Shown here piece after piece: positions 16,757 to 28,754 of a stretch of 64,000 nucleotides of DNA. Under the pieces are notes generated by a model that did not search any database, was not told the origin of the DNA, and worked only from the letters and a program-made list of their open reading frames with translations. Origin of the DNA: a plasmid; sequence record NZ_CP118990.1, one strand, 5' to 3'. The stretch's first letter is position 1. The number at the start of each line of letters is the position of its first letter. Both the position numbers and the translations under genes were made by a program.

Positions 16757-17371
16757 ATGCTGATAGGCTACATGCGGGTATCGAAGGCGGACGGCTCCCA
16801 GGCTACCGATTTGCAGCGCGACGCGCTGATTGCCGCCGGGGTCGATCCAGTACATCTTTACGAGGACCAGGCATCCGGCATGCGCGAGGATCGGCCCGGC
16901 TTGACGAGCTGCCTGAAGGCGTTGCGAACTGGCGACACACTGGTCGTGTGGAAACTGGATCGGCTCGGACGCGACCTGCGACATCTCATCAACACCGTGC
17001 ACGACCTGACTGGGCGCGGCATCGGCTTGAAGGTATTAACCGGGCACGGCGCGGCCATCGACACCACGACCGCCGCCGGCAAGCTGGTCTTTGGCATCTT
17101 CGCCGCCCTGGCCGAGTTCGAGCGCGAGTTGATCGCGGAGCGCACGATTGCCGGCCTAGCCTCGGCCCGCGCGCGCGGGCGGAAAGGCGGCCGGCCGTTC
17201 AAGATGACCGCCGCCAAGCTGCGGCTGGCGATGGCGGCAATGGGTCAGCCAGAGACCAAGGTCGGCGACCTGTGCCAGGAACTTGGCGTCACGCGGCAGA
17301 CCCTGTATCGGCATGTTTCACCCAAGGGTGAGCTACGTCCAGATGGCGAGAAGCTACTCAGCCGAATTTGA
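16757..17371 (+). CDS. tnpR: Serine recombinase resolvase TnpR
   Basis: MLIGYMRVSKADGSQ...; C-terminal HTH. ORF track extends upstream to 16298 but the conserved start is at 16757. Confidence 0.9.
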   Translation: MLIGYMRVSKADGSQATDLQRDALIAAGVDPVHLYEDQASGMREDRPGLTSCLKALRTGDTLVVWKLDRLGRDLRHLINTVHDLTGRGIGLKVLTGHGAAIDTTTAAGKLVFGIFAALAEFERELIAERTIAGLASARARGRKGGRPFKMTAAKLRLAMAAMGQPETKVGDLCQELGVTRQTLYRHVSPKGELRPDGEKLLSRI

Positions 17372-17423
17372 TGCCGGCATGAGGCAACGTAGCGACAGCG
17401 TGGTTTGTCTCAATGGGAAGCGC

Positions 17424-17660
17424 TCATGATCGACCTCTGAAGGCCCGCAGCAGCCGCGTCACAGACAGGACAAACAAGCCGGTCAGCGTGAGGGCTGCAA
17501 TACCCCAGTGCTCGCCGATGAACGCGCCGGCCGTCGTGCCGGCCAGCACAATGGCGAGAATCGGCAAATGACAGGGACAGGTGAGCACCGCCAGCGCACC
17601 CCACAGGTAGCCGGTGAACGGCTTGTGTGTCTCGGTCGGCAAGCGCTCGGGGCTGTTCAT
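17424..17660 (-). CDS. merE: Mercury resistance protein MerE
   Basis: 78 aa. LTCPCHLP motif. Confidence 0.85.
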   Translation of the reverse strand: MNSPERLPTETHKPFTGYLWGALAVLTCPCHLPILAIVLAGTTAGAFIGEHWGIAALTLTGLFVLSVTRLLRAFRGRS

Positions 17661-18022
17661 GGCAGACTCTCCGCTTGCTGGGCCGGCGCGGTCGGCATCG
17701 CGGCCAACTGCACTTCCAGATCGGCCAACGCTTCGCGTCGGCGTTCGACGAACTGACTCAGCACGGCAAGCTGTGCGGCTGTTTCATCGCAGTCCGCCGC
17801 ATCCAGCGCCCGGCACAACCGCGCCAATGCGTCCAGGCCGATGCCCGCCTCAAAAGCGGCCCGCACAAAGCACAGCCGCTGCAAGGCGGCGTCATCGAAC
17901 AAGCCGTAGCCGCCCGTGGTGCAGGCGACTGGCCGCAGCAATCCGCGCAGCAGGTAGTCGCGCACGATATGCACGCTCACCCCGGCCTCAAGGGCCAGTC
18001 GGGACACTGTGTAGGCGTTCAT
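17657..18022 (-). CDS. merD: MerD co-regulator
   Basis: MerR-like HTH N-terminus [23 protein letters not shown]. Position after merA. Confidence 0.85.
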   Translation of the reverse strand: MNAYTVSRLALEAGVSVHIVRDYLLRGLLRPVACTTGGYGLFDDAALQRLCFVRAAFEAGIGLDALARLCRALDAADCDETAAQLAVLSQFVERRREALADLEVQLAAMPTAPAQQAESLP

Positions 18023-18039
18023 CGAACACCTCCTTTTCC

Positions 18040-19788
<1,749 letters not shown>

Positions 19789-19796
19789 TCAGTGCC

Positions 19797-20072
19797 TCAC
19801 TTCTTGACGCTGGACGGATAGCCTGCGTCTTCGGTGGCCTTGGTCAGCTTCTGCACGCTGGTCTTGGCATCATCGAAGGTGACAACCGCTTCGCGTGTCT
19901 CGAAGGTCACGTTAACTTTGCTGACGCCTTCGACCTTGGAAATCGCCTTCTTGACGGTGATCGGACAAGCGGAGCAGGTCATGCCCGGTACGGACAGCGT
20001 GACGGTCTGGGTGGCGGCCCACACGGGGGCAACAACGGCAGCGATGGCGAGAGAGGCAAACAGTTTTTTCAT
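19797..20072 (-). CDS. merP: MerP
   Basis: Signal peptide plus GMTCSACP. Confidence 0.9.
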   Translation of the reverse strand: MKKLFASLAIAAVVAPVWAATQTVTLSVPGMTCSACPITVKKAISKVEGVSKVNVTFETREAVVTFDDAKTSVQKLTKATEDAGYPSSVKK

Positions 20073-20087
20073 GATGAACTCCTGTGA

Positions 20088-20438
20088 TTAATAGAAAAAT
20101 GGCATGACGTAGGGAAATCCGAGCGCGACCAGAACCAGCGCGGCCACGACCCAGAAAATGAGCTTGTAAGTAGCGCGCACTTGGGGAATCGCACACACAT
20201 CCCCTGGTTTGCAGGCTTGCGCCGGTCGGTAGATGCGCCGCCAGGCGAAAAACAGCGCCACCAACGCCGCGCCGATGAAGATCGGGCGATAAGGTTCCAA
20301 CACCGTCAAGTTGCCGATCCAAGCGCCGCTGAACCCCAGGGCGATCAGAACCAGCGGCCCCAGGCAGCAAGCCGAGGCGAGGATGGCGGCTAGCCCGCCA
20401 GTGAAGAGCGCCCCGCGCCCGTTTTGAGGTTCAGACAT
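20088..20438 (-). CDS. merT: MerT
   Basis: 116 aa. [11 protein letters not shown] and CKPGDVC. Confidence 0.9.
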   Translation of the reverse strand: MSEPQNGRGALFTGGLAAILASACCLGPLVLIALGFSGAWIGNLTVLEPYRPIFIGAALVALFFAWRRIYRPAQACKPGDVCAIPQVRATYKLIFWVVAALVLVALGFPYVMPFFY

Positions 20439-20440
20439 AC

Positions 20441-20509
20441 GCTTGTCCTTTCAAATCTGGATTGGATAGCTTAAGCTTACTTCCGTACCAATGTACGGAG
20501 TCAAGCGAT
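20441..20509. promoter_or_regulatory. mer operator/promoter
   Basis: cttccgtaccaatgtacggag dyad between merT and merR. Confidence 0.7.
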
Positions 20510-20944
20510 ATGGAAAAAAATTTGGAGAATCTGACTATTGGCGTTTTCGCCAAGGCGGCCGGGGTCAACGTGGAAACAATCCGGTTCTATCAGCGCAAGG
20601 GCTTGTTGCCGGAGCCGGACAAGCCCTATGGCAGCATCCGCCGCTATGGCGAGGCGGATGTGACGCGGGTGCGCTTCGTGAAATCAGCCCAGCGGCTCGG
20701 ATTCAGCCTCGACGAGATCGCAGAGCTGCTGAGGCTGGATGACGGCACCCACTGCGAGGAAGCCAGCAGCCTGGCCGAGCACAAGCTTCAGGACGTGCGC
20801 GAAAAAATGACCGACCTGGCGCGCATGGAAACCGTGCTATCCGAACTTGTGTTCGCCTGCCATGCGCGGCAAGGGAACGTTTCTTGCCCGCTGATTGCTT
20901 CGCTGCAAGGGGAGAAAGAGCCGCGTGGTGCCGACGCGGTGTAG
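20510..20944 (+). CDS. merR: Mercury-responsive regulator MerR
   Basis: [33 protein letters not shown]. Cys82, 117 and 126 equivalents present. ORF track start 20462 is upstream of the conserved start. Confidence 0.9.
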   Translation: MEKNLENLTIGVFAKAAGVNVETIRFYQRKGLLPEPDKPYGSIRRYGEADVTRVRFVKSAQRLGFSLDEIAELLRLDDGTHCEEASSLAEHKLQDVREKMTDLARMETVLSELVFACHARQGNVSCPLIASLQGEKEPRGADAV

Positions 20945-20960
20945 CCGAGGGTAGTTACGC

Positions 20961-20998
20961 CTTAGCGTGCTTTATTTTCCGTTTTCTGAGACGACCCC
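20961..20998 (-). repeat. Tn21/Tn501-type 38-bp terminal inverted repeat (mer end)
   Basis: Minus strand reads GGGGTCGTCTCAGAAAACGGAAAATAAAGCACGCTAAG. Confidence 0.8.
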
Positions 20999-21123
20999 TA
21001 TTTGTCCACCCTGTGGATGAATAGCTTTTTTTTTGGGAGGACACTGTGATGCTAGCTTTTGTTTTCACCTAAATCCTGTTTGCTGCATAAAAAATTTCAA
21101 GAGCTAAACAGGAGTAAATAAAA

Positions 21124-22599
21124 ATGAGTTTAATTATTAAAGCGAGAAACATACGCTTGGATTATGCTGGGCGTGATGTTTTGGATATTGATGAATTGGA
21201 AATTCACTCTTATGACCGTATTGGTCTTGTGGGTGATAACGGAGCAGGAAAGAGTAGTTTACTCAAAGTACTTAATGGCGAAATTGTTTTAGCCGAAGCG
21301 ACATTACAGCGTTTTGGTGATTTTGCACATATCAGCCAACTGGGCGGAATCGAAATAGAAACGGTCGAAGACCGGGCAATGTTATCTCGCCTTGGTGTTT
21401 CCAATGTACAAAACGACACAATGAGTGGCGGAGAGGAAACTCGTGCAAAAATTGCTGCCGCATTTTCCCAACAAGTACATGGCATTCTAGCGGATGAACC
21501 AACCAGCCACCTTGATCTCAATGGAATAGATCTACTTATTGGTCAACTTAAAGCATTTGATGGAGCATTACTTGTTATCAGTCATGACCGATATTTTCTT
21601 GATATGGTTGTAGACAAGATATGGGAGTTAAAAGACGGTAAAATTACGGAATATTGGGGTGGTTACTCGGATTACTTGCGTCAAAAAGAAGAAGAGCGAC
21701 AACACCAAGCCGTAGAATATGAGCTGATGATGAAGGAACGGGAGCGATTAGAATCTGCTGTGCAAGAAAAACGCCAGCAAGCTAATCGATTAGACAATAA
21801 GAAAAAAGGAGAAAAATCCAAAAACTCTACCGAAAGTGCTGGACGACTTGGGCATGCAAAAATGACTGGCACCAAGCAAAGAAAACTGTATCAGGCAGCT
21901 AAGAGTATGGAAAAGCGTTTGGCTGCATTAGAAGATATTCAAGCACCAGAGCATTTGCGTTCTATTCGTTTTCGTCAAAGTTCAGCCCTAGAACTGCACA
22001 ATAAGTTCCCGATTACGGCAGATGGTCTGAGCTTAAAATTTGGTAGCCGTACTATCTTTGATGACGCTAACTTTATAATACCGCTTGGCGCTAAAGTCGC
22101 TATAACTGGATCGAATGGAACAGGGAAAACGTCCTTGTTAAAAATGATATCAGAACGTGCTGATGGATTAACCATATCTCCAAAAGCTGAAATTGGCTAC
22201 TTTACACAAACAGGATATAAATTTAACACGCATAAATCTGTGCTCTCCTTTATGCAGGAAGAGTGCGAGTACACAGTTGCGGAAATTCGTGCAGTATTGG
22301 CTTCAATGGGGATCGGAGCGAATGATATTCAAAAAAACTTATCCGACTTATCGGGAGGTGAAATCATCAAACTGCTTTTATCCAAAATGCTTTTAGGAAA
22401 ATATAATATTTTGCTTATGGATGAACCAGGAAACTATCTTGACCTAAAAAGTATTGCCGCATTAGAAACAATGATGAAGTCCTATGCAGGAACTATTATC
22501 TTCGTATCTCATGACAAGCAATTGGTCGATAATATTGCTGACATTATCTACGAGATCAAAGACCACAAAATCATCAAGACTTTTGAGAGAGATTGTTAA
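21124..22599 (+). CDS. msr(E): ABC-F ribosomal protection protein Msr(E) (macrolide resistance)
   Basis: 491 aa. Two ABC-F nucleotide-binding domains ([20 protein letters not shown]) separated by a charged linker. AT-rich gene. Confidence 0.9.
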   Translation: MSLIIKARNIRLDYAGRDVLDIDELEIHSYDRIGLVGDNGAGKSSLLKVLNGEIVLAEATLQRFGDFAHISQLGGIEIETVEDRAMLSRLGVSNVQNDTMSGGEETRAKIAAAFSQQVHGILADEPTSHLDLNGIDLLIGQLKAFDGALLVISHDRYFLDMVVDKIWELKDGKITEYWGGYSDYLRQKEEERQHQAVEYELMMKERERLESAVQEKRQQANRLDNKKKGEKSKNSTESAGRLGHAKMTGTKQRKLYQAAKSMEKRLAALEDIQAPEHLRSIRFRQSSALELHNKFPITADGLSLKFGSRTIFDDANFIIPLGAKVAITGSNGTGKTSLLKMISERADGLTISPKAEIGYFTQTGYKFNTHKSVLSFMQEECEYTVAEIRAVLASMGIGANDIQKNLSDLSGGEIIKLLLSKMLLGKYNILLMDEPGNYLDLKSIAALETMMKSYAGTIIFVSHDKQLVDNIADIIYEIKDHKIIKTFERDC

Positions 22600-22654
22600 T
22601 GATAGCCAATCTAATCCGAACATTAATTATTGAACTCTTTAAAGGAAATTAAAA

Positions 22655-23539
22655 ATGACAATTCAAGATATTCAATCACTTGCTGAAGCACACGGCTTGT
22701 TGCTTACGGACAAAATGAATTTCAATGAAATGGGCATTGATTTTAAGGTCGTTTTTGCTCTTGATACAAAGGGGCAACAATGGTTGCTGCGTATTCCTCG
22801 TCGTGATGGCATGAGGGAACAAATCAAGAAAGAAAAACGCATTTTAGAATTGGTAAAAAAACATCTTTCTGTAGAGGTTCCTGATTGGAGAATTTCATCT
22901 ACAGAATTAGTGGCTTATCCCATACTTAAAGATAATCCTGTTTTAAATTTGGATGCTGAAACCTATGAAATAATTTGGAATATGGACAAAGATAGCCCGA
23001 AATACATAACATCTTTGGCAAAAACCTTATTTGAAATCCATAGTATTCCTGAAAAAGAAGTTCGGGAAAATGATTTGAAAATTATGAAACCTTCAGATTT
23101 AAGACCTGAAATAGCAAACAATTTGCAGTTAGTAAAATCTGAAATTGGTATAAGTGAGCAATTGGAAACCCGCTACAGAAAATGGTTGGATAATGATATT
23201 CTATGGGCAGATTTCACCCAATTTATACATGGCGATTTATATGCTGGGCATGTACTAGCTTCAAAGGATGGAGCTGTTTCAGGCGTTATTGATTGGTCAA
23301 CAGCCCATATAGATGACCCAGCGATTGATTTTGCTGGGCATGTAACTTTGTTTGGAGAAGAAAGCCTCAAAACTCTAATCATCGAGTATGAAAAACTAGG
23401 GGGTAAAGTTTGGAATAAACTATATGAACAGACTTTAGAAAGAGCAGCGGCCTCTCCTTTGATGTATGGTTTATTTGCCTTAGAAACTCAAAATGAAAGC
23501 CTTATCGTTGGAGCAAAAGCTCAGTTGGGAGTTATATAA
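22655..23539 (+). CDS. mph(E): Macrolide 2'-phosphotransferase Mph(E)
   Basis: 294 aa. APH-fold motifs HGDLYAGHVL, VIDWSTAHIDDP. Classic msr(E)-mph(E) pair. Confidence 0.9.
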   Translation: MTIQDIQSLAEAHGLLLTDKMNFNEMGIDFKVVFALDTKGQQWLLRIPRRDGMREQIKKEKRILELVKKHLSVEVPDWRISSTELVAYPILKDNPVLNLDAETYEIIWNMDKDSPKYITSLAKTLFEIHSIPEKEVRENDLKIMKPSDLRPEIANNLQLVKSEIGISEQLETRYRKWLDNDILWADFTQFIHGDLYAGHVLASKDGAVSGVIDWSTAHIDDPAIDFAGHVTLFGEESLKTLIIEYEKLGGKVWNKLYEQTLERAAASPLMYGLFALETQNESLIVGAKAQLGVI

Positions 23540-23728
23540 TTTAAAAATATGATTGCTGAGAACTGCCTTGTTTTGAAACTTGGTTGGCTTTAATTAGTTT
23601 TTAGTATTCTTTATAGAAAATGCCTCGATCAAGGGGCATTTCTAACAATCATTTAACATAAAATTTCTTATGTGAAGTAACCTGAATGCAGCGGTGCCCC
23701 ATTGGGGGCGCGTTGAGATAAGCCTCTT

Positions 23729-24340
23729 TTAGATAACTTTAGCAACTCGATAGACAGTTGCAACTCCACAATTCACTGCTTTGGCAATTTCTTCCTTAGT
23801 CATATTGCCAACTACTAGCAATTCTTTTATTCGTTTATGTTTAGCCTCATTTGCCTTCTTGCCTGTTGGTTTGTAACCCGAACGTGCCAGGCCCTGCTTA
23901 ATACGTTCTATACGTTTCTCATTGTCTAGGCGGGCCATTGTTGCCAGAAGATCAATCAACATATTGTTGATGAGTTCCAAGATTGAATGAGTAATGCTGT
24001 CACTGGTTTGAATCATTTGGTAGGTAGTAGGAAGATCTGCTACGACTAAACGAAGTCCCTTCTCCTGGATCCTGCGCTTCAGCTCTTGAAAATCTCGTTG
24101 GGTTAGGCGTGATAAGCGGTCAATACTTTCAACTAACAATGTGTCACCTTGATTTGCTTCTGACAGTAGCTTATTCAATTCAGGTCGGTCTAACTTCGTA
24201 CCACTATAGTTTTCCACGTACACAATGGTTTCACCCAAATTCAAGTTTTGGTTTAGATCCTGAAGAATCTGCAAAGCCCTTTCTGCATCTTGATCTTTAG
24301 TTGAAGCTCGTAGATAAATACGTGTATTCATTTCTATCAT
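23729..24340 (-). CDS. Serine recombinase (resolvase/invertase family)
   Basis: N-terminus IYLRASTKDQ (catalytic Ser context). C-terminal HTH. Confidence 0.65.
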   Translation of the reverse strand: MIEMNTRIYLRASTKDQDAERALQILQDLNQNLNLGETIVYVENYSGTKLDRPELNKLLSEANQGDTLLVESIDRLSRLTQRDFQELKRRIQEKGLRLVVADLPTTYQMIQTSDSITHSILELINNMLIDLLATMARLDNEKRIERIKQGLARSGYKPTGKKANEAKHKRIKELLVVGNMTKEEIAKAVNCGVATVYRVAKVI

Positions 24341-24548
24341 TTAATCTTAATTCTATTAGATTAATGATAATACTATCATTTAATTATTGCATTAAGTCTA
24401 ATGATAGATATTGTATGCGATTTGGCTCGCTATCATTCAGGTATAGTCTTTTGATAAAAAAAGCATGACTAAAAGCCATGCCTTGGGAATTCGTATAACG
24501 CCCATTATGTTAATTTTAGTTTTCCTTAATACGACAAAAATATCTACT

Positions 24549-25172
24549 TCATTTCACGAGAATTTCTTTTGCTAAAAGTTCTTCTTTCGTTACACCGAAA
24601 TATCTTATTTCTAATTTAGGCCTGCCTAACATCTTTAAAAGATTGTTTTCATCATTTATATTTTTTATAGCTTTGCTTACACAATCAATTACGTCATTAG
24701 TTTTAGAAATAGCTTCTTTTTCAGATACTTGATCGCTTACTTTTCGAGATATTAAGTCATCAAAATATATCCTATATTCTTCACAAACTAGATAAAAATA
24801 AGGGTCTAATCTATCTAAATCATATTCAGATTCAAAGGGTTTACGATCTAATAAATCTTTTTCAGGATAAATAATCAATTGTCCTGCATCGAACCAAAAC
24901 TCCACAGAAAAATTATCAAACTCAATTCCATTTAAATCATTACTAAAATTTTGAAAATACTGTAATAAAAGATTTTCTATATCCTCTAAAAACTCTTTAT
25001 TCTTAATATCAAATATTAAAGATTCATTAGAAATAGCTTTGATACAATCTTCTTGAATATCTAACCCCTTTAAAGTCATTTTTACTCCATTTAAATTTTT
25101 AGGTTTTGGTGCATTAAGAATTTTGATTAACTTAACATAATGGGTATTAAGTGTAGTGTGTTTGTCTATCAA
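24549..25172 (-). CDS. Hypothetical protein (AT-rich, 207 aa)
   Basis: ORF only. Low-GC composition like the msr(E)-mph(E) module. Confidence 0.4.
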   Translation of the reverse strand: MIDKHTTLNTHYVKLIKILNAPKPKNLNGVKMTLKGLDIQEDCIKAISNESLIFDIKNKEFLEDIENLLLQYFQNFSNDLNGIEFDNFSVEFWFDAGQLIIYPEKDLLDRKPFESEYDLDRLDPYFYLVCEEYRIYFDDLISRKVSDQVSEKEAISKTNDVIDCVSKAIKNINDENNLLKMLGRPKLEIRYFGVTKEELLAKEILVK

Positions 25173-25422
25173 TAAGAGATTTATCTAATTTAATTCAAGC
25201 CCCCGGCGCAGGTGGTAACCTGACAAGCCACAAAAACGCCCGCAAACCCTTGTCAGGGGATGTAAGCCGGAACCCCAGAAATTTCCGTCACCCTAGTTGG
25301 GTGGGCTCAACACTCGTGTCACCAGCTACCTTCTGGAGAATCGAGCTCGGCCATCCCTCCCTGGACGGGCATCGCTCGACGATGTTCAACGGCTCCCTCA
25401 CGGGGCCGTCGTTTTGTGGGGG

Positions 25423-26675
25423 CTATTCCATCCACAAGTCGTCGAGGTTCTTGAAGTTCCAGAGCGTCGGGTCTTCGGGGCCAGTGATACTGTCCTTGCA
25501 ACTCGTGGCCGCCAGGTCGATGGTCTGCATCGGGATCGGCTCTCTCGAGCGTAGCGAGAAGAACACGCGAACCTTGGGAGTCAGCAGTGATTCCATTCCC
25601 GGCTCAACGACAACGGCCAGACGCTGAGAGGACAGGCGAACCAAGGAGCCGACGGGGTAGATGCCCACGGCCTTGACGAAGGCGTGGAAGATGCGTTTGT
25701 CGAAATGGCCCTCCCACTTGGCCATCTGCCGCATCGCCGCGGACGGGTCCCACGGCTTTTTGTAGGCTCGCTCCGACGTCACGGCATCATAGACGTCGCA
25801 GATTGCGCCCATGCGGGCCAGGAGTGAAATGGCGTCACCGGCCAAGCGATCCGGGTAGCCGGTTCCGTCGATCTTCTCGTGATGGTGCAGGGCAATGTCC
25901 ACCACCCCGGGCTCGGCCCCGCCTGCGCGCAGCATCTTTGCGCCCTCCACAGGGTGGCGCTTCATGATGGCGAACTCGGCATCGGTGAGCTTGCCTGGTT
26001 TGTTAAGCACTTCCAGCGGCATCGCGGCCTTGCCTAGGTCGTGCATCAGTCCGCCGATGCCAGCCAGGCGCGTTTGCTCCTCGTCTAGATCGAGATGCCG
26101 GGCCAGCGATAGCATCAGGGCGCAGACGGCAACCGAGTGCAGGTAGGTGTAATCGTCGTGCGTTTTGATGCGTGCGACGCTGATGAGGGCATGAGGTTGG
26201 CGCAGCACCGAGGCAGCGATTTCTCCGACCAGCGGCAACGTCGTGCTTGGGTCGACGGCCTTGCCAAGCCGGGCTTCCTGGAACATGTCCATGACTTGGG
26301 ACTTGGCCGCAAGACAGAGTTTCCGTGCATAACACATTTCGCTCTCCATTGAGGTTGCGCCGTCACTTTTCTTGCTTAGTGGACTAGACGGCAGAGATTG
26401 CTCCTCCGACAATTCTCTGGGCTCTGGGCTCTGGGCTCTGGGCTCTGGGCTCTGGGCTCTGGGCTCTCTGGGCTCTCTGGGCTCTCTGGGTCGACTTGGC
26501 TTTTGGCCAAGTCGACCCAGACCTCCCCGACGCCACATTCTCGAATGGCAGAGAGATCCTGAGGCTCGGTCAGCAGGAAGCTGCCGCGCCAGAATGGGTG
26601 TCGAAACCAAGAGCCGGCGAGCTTGTGGATGTACATGCCGAGACGAAGCTCGGATACGGGAATGCGTTTTACCAA
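25423..26675 (-). pseudogene. DUF3391/HD-GYP c-di-GMP phosphodiesterase gene split between two reading frames at a heptanucleotide tandem repeat
   Basis: N-terminal DUF3391-like MVKRIPVSELRLGMYIHKL (ORF 26376-26675) and HD-GYP body (HDLGK, HHHEKIDGTGYP; ORF 25423-26610) are in different frames. Both frames traverse the repeat at 26415-26490. Confidence 0.6.
26415..26490. repeat. Tandem repeat: (GGGCTCT)x5 followed by (GGGCTCTCT)x3
   Basis: Seen directly. Encodes PEPRAQS/PREPRE-type repeats on the minus strand. Confidence 0.8.
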
Positions 26676-26764
26676 CTTATTTTCCTTTCTGAGTTGGGTG
26701 GTTAGGCGTGCGCCGAGGCTGGCACCCAGCGGTAGAGCGGAGGTAAGGTCACGCCAAGATTCTT

Positions 26765-26798
26765 GGATCAGCCGGAACCGCCGAAATTTCCGTCAGCC
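26765..26798 (+). repeat. Internal partial copy of the transposon IR (inner 28 bp)
   Basis: ggatcaGCCGGAACCGCCGAAATTTCCGTCAGCC. Same orientation as the left IR. Outer GGGG end is absent. Confidence 0.5.
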
Positions 26799-27185
26799 GA
26801 TCAACATGGCTTTGTCTCGCGCTCGGTCGATGCGTTCCTGCATCGCCTGCATGACTTCTTCGTGGGTGTACGACTTGGCGTTGGGGTCGTCGGCCTCTCG
26901 GAGAGCTTCCTCGACCTCGCGGGTCATCCGCGCATATTCTTCCGGCCACAGCGCTTGCTCCATGCGCAGCGACGCCTGCCCAAGCAGGTGCAGCAGGCCG
27001 AACAGCCGCATGTCATTGGTGGCGACGACGTGCTCTCGAATCCGCTCCTGGATCACCTCGCAGGCCCGATGCGCCTCTGGCGTCGCCGTGCCCTCGTAGC
27101 CGGCTGGGAGTTCTGCTTCTTCAGCGATTCGCGCCCAAGCGATAGCCAGCGCCTCGATGGTGGACAGGTTCATTTGCTCATCCAC
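26793..27185 (-). CDS. Hypothetical protein (130 aa)
   Basis: ORF in passenger region. Overlapping plus-strand ORFs judged less likely. Confidence 0.4.
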   Translation of the reverse strand: MDEQMNLSTIEALAIAWARIAEEAELPAGYEGTATPEAHRACEVIQERIREHVVATNDMRLFGLLHLLGQASLRMEQALWPEEYARMTREVEEALREADDPNAKSYTHEEVMQAMQERIDRARDKAMLIG

Positions 27186-27496
27186 TTGCGCAGCAGACGC
27201 TTTTTCAGGGAGGCGCGCTCTTGCGGATTGCGTCCCTTGTGGTTGGCAATGCGATCCGCCGTGGCGGCCTGGCGCTTGATGGGCCAGTAGGAGCGGCCAT
27301 CCTTACCCATCGACCAGACGTTGCTGACCTGGTTTTCCAGTAGAGGCAGATGGGCGCATAGAGCTTCCGGCGACGCGCTGGCCAGCGCGGTGCGCTCGTG
27401 GGTTCGCCAGCGCTGATGCCAGAGTTTCTTGTCCTCGCGCTCGCTACGGCAGGTCGTGTGCCCAACGATGGGCGTTTTGCGGCGGCTGCGGCTCAT
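27170..27496 (-). CDS. Hypothetical basic protein (108 aa)
   Basis: ORF; 16-bp overlap with upstream ORF. Confidence 0.4.
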   Translation of the reverse strand: MSRSRRKTPIVGHTTCRSEREDKKLWHQRWRTHERTALASASPEALCAHLPLLENQVSNVWSMGKDGRSYWPIKRQAATADRIANHKGRNPQERASLKKRLLRKWMSK

Positions 27497-27519
27497 GATG
27501 TGGTTGTCTCCAAGAACAT

Positions 27520-27957
27520 TCAGGACAGGCTTTCTGGGTAGAGCGCCGTCAACCGGGACAGGGTTTCTTGCACTTGTTCCAGCGAGGTCATCAGATGATC
27601 AACCTGATCCTGAAGATCCACGGCGAGATCAAATAGCTCAGCCACTCGGCTGCGTGATCCCTCGTTGAACGCGGCCATTGCCAGTTGATGCAGCTTCAAC
27701 AGGTCGGTGCGCAGTTGCGGAGGTGCGCCGTCTGCGCTGTCATTCAAATCGCCGCGCAGCACGTCCACGGCATCGACTGCACGCAGCAGTGCCGTGGTAT
27801 CGAAATTCTCGGGAGTCAGTTCGTCCCATTCGTCGTCGGTGATGCGGGCTGCCATCAGGAGAGCTCCGATTAAGCGGTTGCGAGCGTTAGATGCCCGATC
27901 GGCTCGGCTGCTGGCCGTACCTTGATTTCGATGTCGTAGCCGAGGCGATTCAGACAA
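27520..27957 (-). CDS. Hypothetical protein (145 aa)
   Basis: ORF only. Confidence 0.35.
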   Translation of the reverse strand: MSESPRLRHRNQGTASSRADRASNARNRLIGALLMAARITDDEWDELTPENFDTTALLRAVDAVDVLRGDLNDSADGAPPQLRTDLLKLHQLAMAAFNEGSRSRVAELFDLAVDLQDQVDHLMTSLEQVQETLSRLTALYPESLS

Positions 27958-28205
27958 TCCATCAGCTTGCGTTCGGATAGATTGGTGAAGTCGCCGCGCA
28001 TCATGCCCGACACCTTCGGTTGCGGGATGCCCATGCGTTTGGCCGCCGCTTGTTGAGTCAGCCCAAGGGCGCGCATGGCCCTCCTGATCTCGACCACCAG
28101 GCCGGTCTTGATCTTGAGCTTTTCAGCGTCAGGCAGTCCAAGGTCGGCAAAGACGTTGCCCGAGCTGCGCTGAACCTCGACGCCTTCAATGATTCGTTTT
28201 TGCAT
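27870..28205 (-). CDS. higA: HigA-like antitoxin (XRE-family HTH)
   Basis: HTH LTQQAAAKRMGIPQPKVSGMMRG. Follows the toxin gene (HigBA order). Confidence 0.7.
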   Translation of the reverse strand: MQKRIIEGVEVQRSSGNVFADLGLPDAEKLKIKTGLVVEIRRAMRALGLTQQAAAKRMGIPQPKVSGMMRGDFTNLSERKLMDCLNRLGYDIEIKVRPAAEPIGHLTLATA

Positions 28206-28206
28206 T

Positions 28207-28563
28207 TCATAGCTCCTGTGCCAATACCTCGGCCACCTTCAGCCGAGCGCGGATGATGTCCATGTCGGCCTTTGGCGTGGCGATTCCGCTCTTGCTCTTC
28301 TTCTGGAAGCAGTGCAGGACGAACACCGCTTCCGCAAACTTGACCGTGTATACCGCTCGATAGGTGCCGCCGGCATCGTCTTCGACGACCTTCAGCACGC
28401 CGGCACCACCGAACCCCTTGAGCTCCTTTGCTGCGTCATCCTGATCGCCTATCTGCGCCAACGAGAGCGCGTAACCGAAACGGCGACGCACGTCGGACGG
28501 CAACGCCATCAAATCCTTGTGGCTGCTCGCGATCCATTCGAGCGGTTTTTCTTTGTTTGTCAT
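28207..28563 (-). CDS. higB: HigB/RelE-ParE-family toxin
   Basis: 118 aa. Toxin-first gene order with 1-nt spacing. Adjacent to res/tnpR as in other Tn3-family TA passengers. Confidence 0.7.
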   Translation of the reverse strand: MTNKEKPLEWIASSHKDLMALPSDVRRRFGYALSLAQIGDQDDAAKELKGFGGAGVLKVVEDDAGGTYRAVYTVKFAEAVFVLHCFQKKSKSGIATPKADMDIIRARLKVAEVLAQEL

Positions 28564-28754
28564 GACGGAATTTTATACCTGTTCAGGTAATGATGTAAAC
28601 GCGGCAACCTCAAGGAGGTGTCGTAAAACATTTGTTTTGCGACAGGCTGTCAGCCGCCGCTGTGCTACCTGTGCAACACCCCCTCAAAAATGTACGGAAA
28701 ACTCTATCGCTATTCACTATTATGCGGAAACCTGTTTTTGATGGTTATCCGCCT

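Noticed and set aside
26623-27290. Plus-strand ORFs 26623-27099 and 26763-27290 overlapping the 130-aa minus-strand ORF
   Set aside because: They run across the internal IR relic and are R/S-rich. The minus-strand set forms a contiguous operon-like series with the TA genes. Ambiguity noted.
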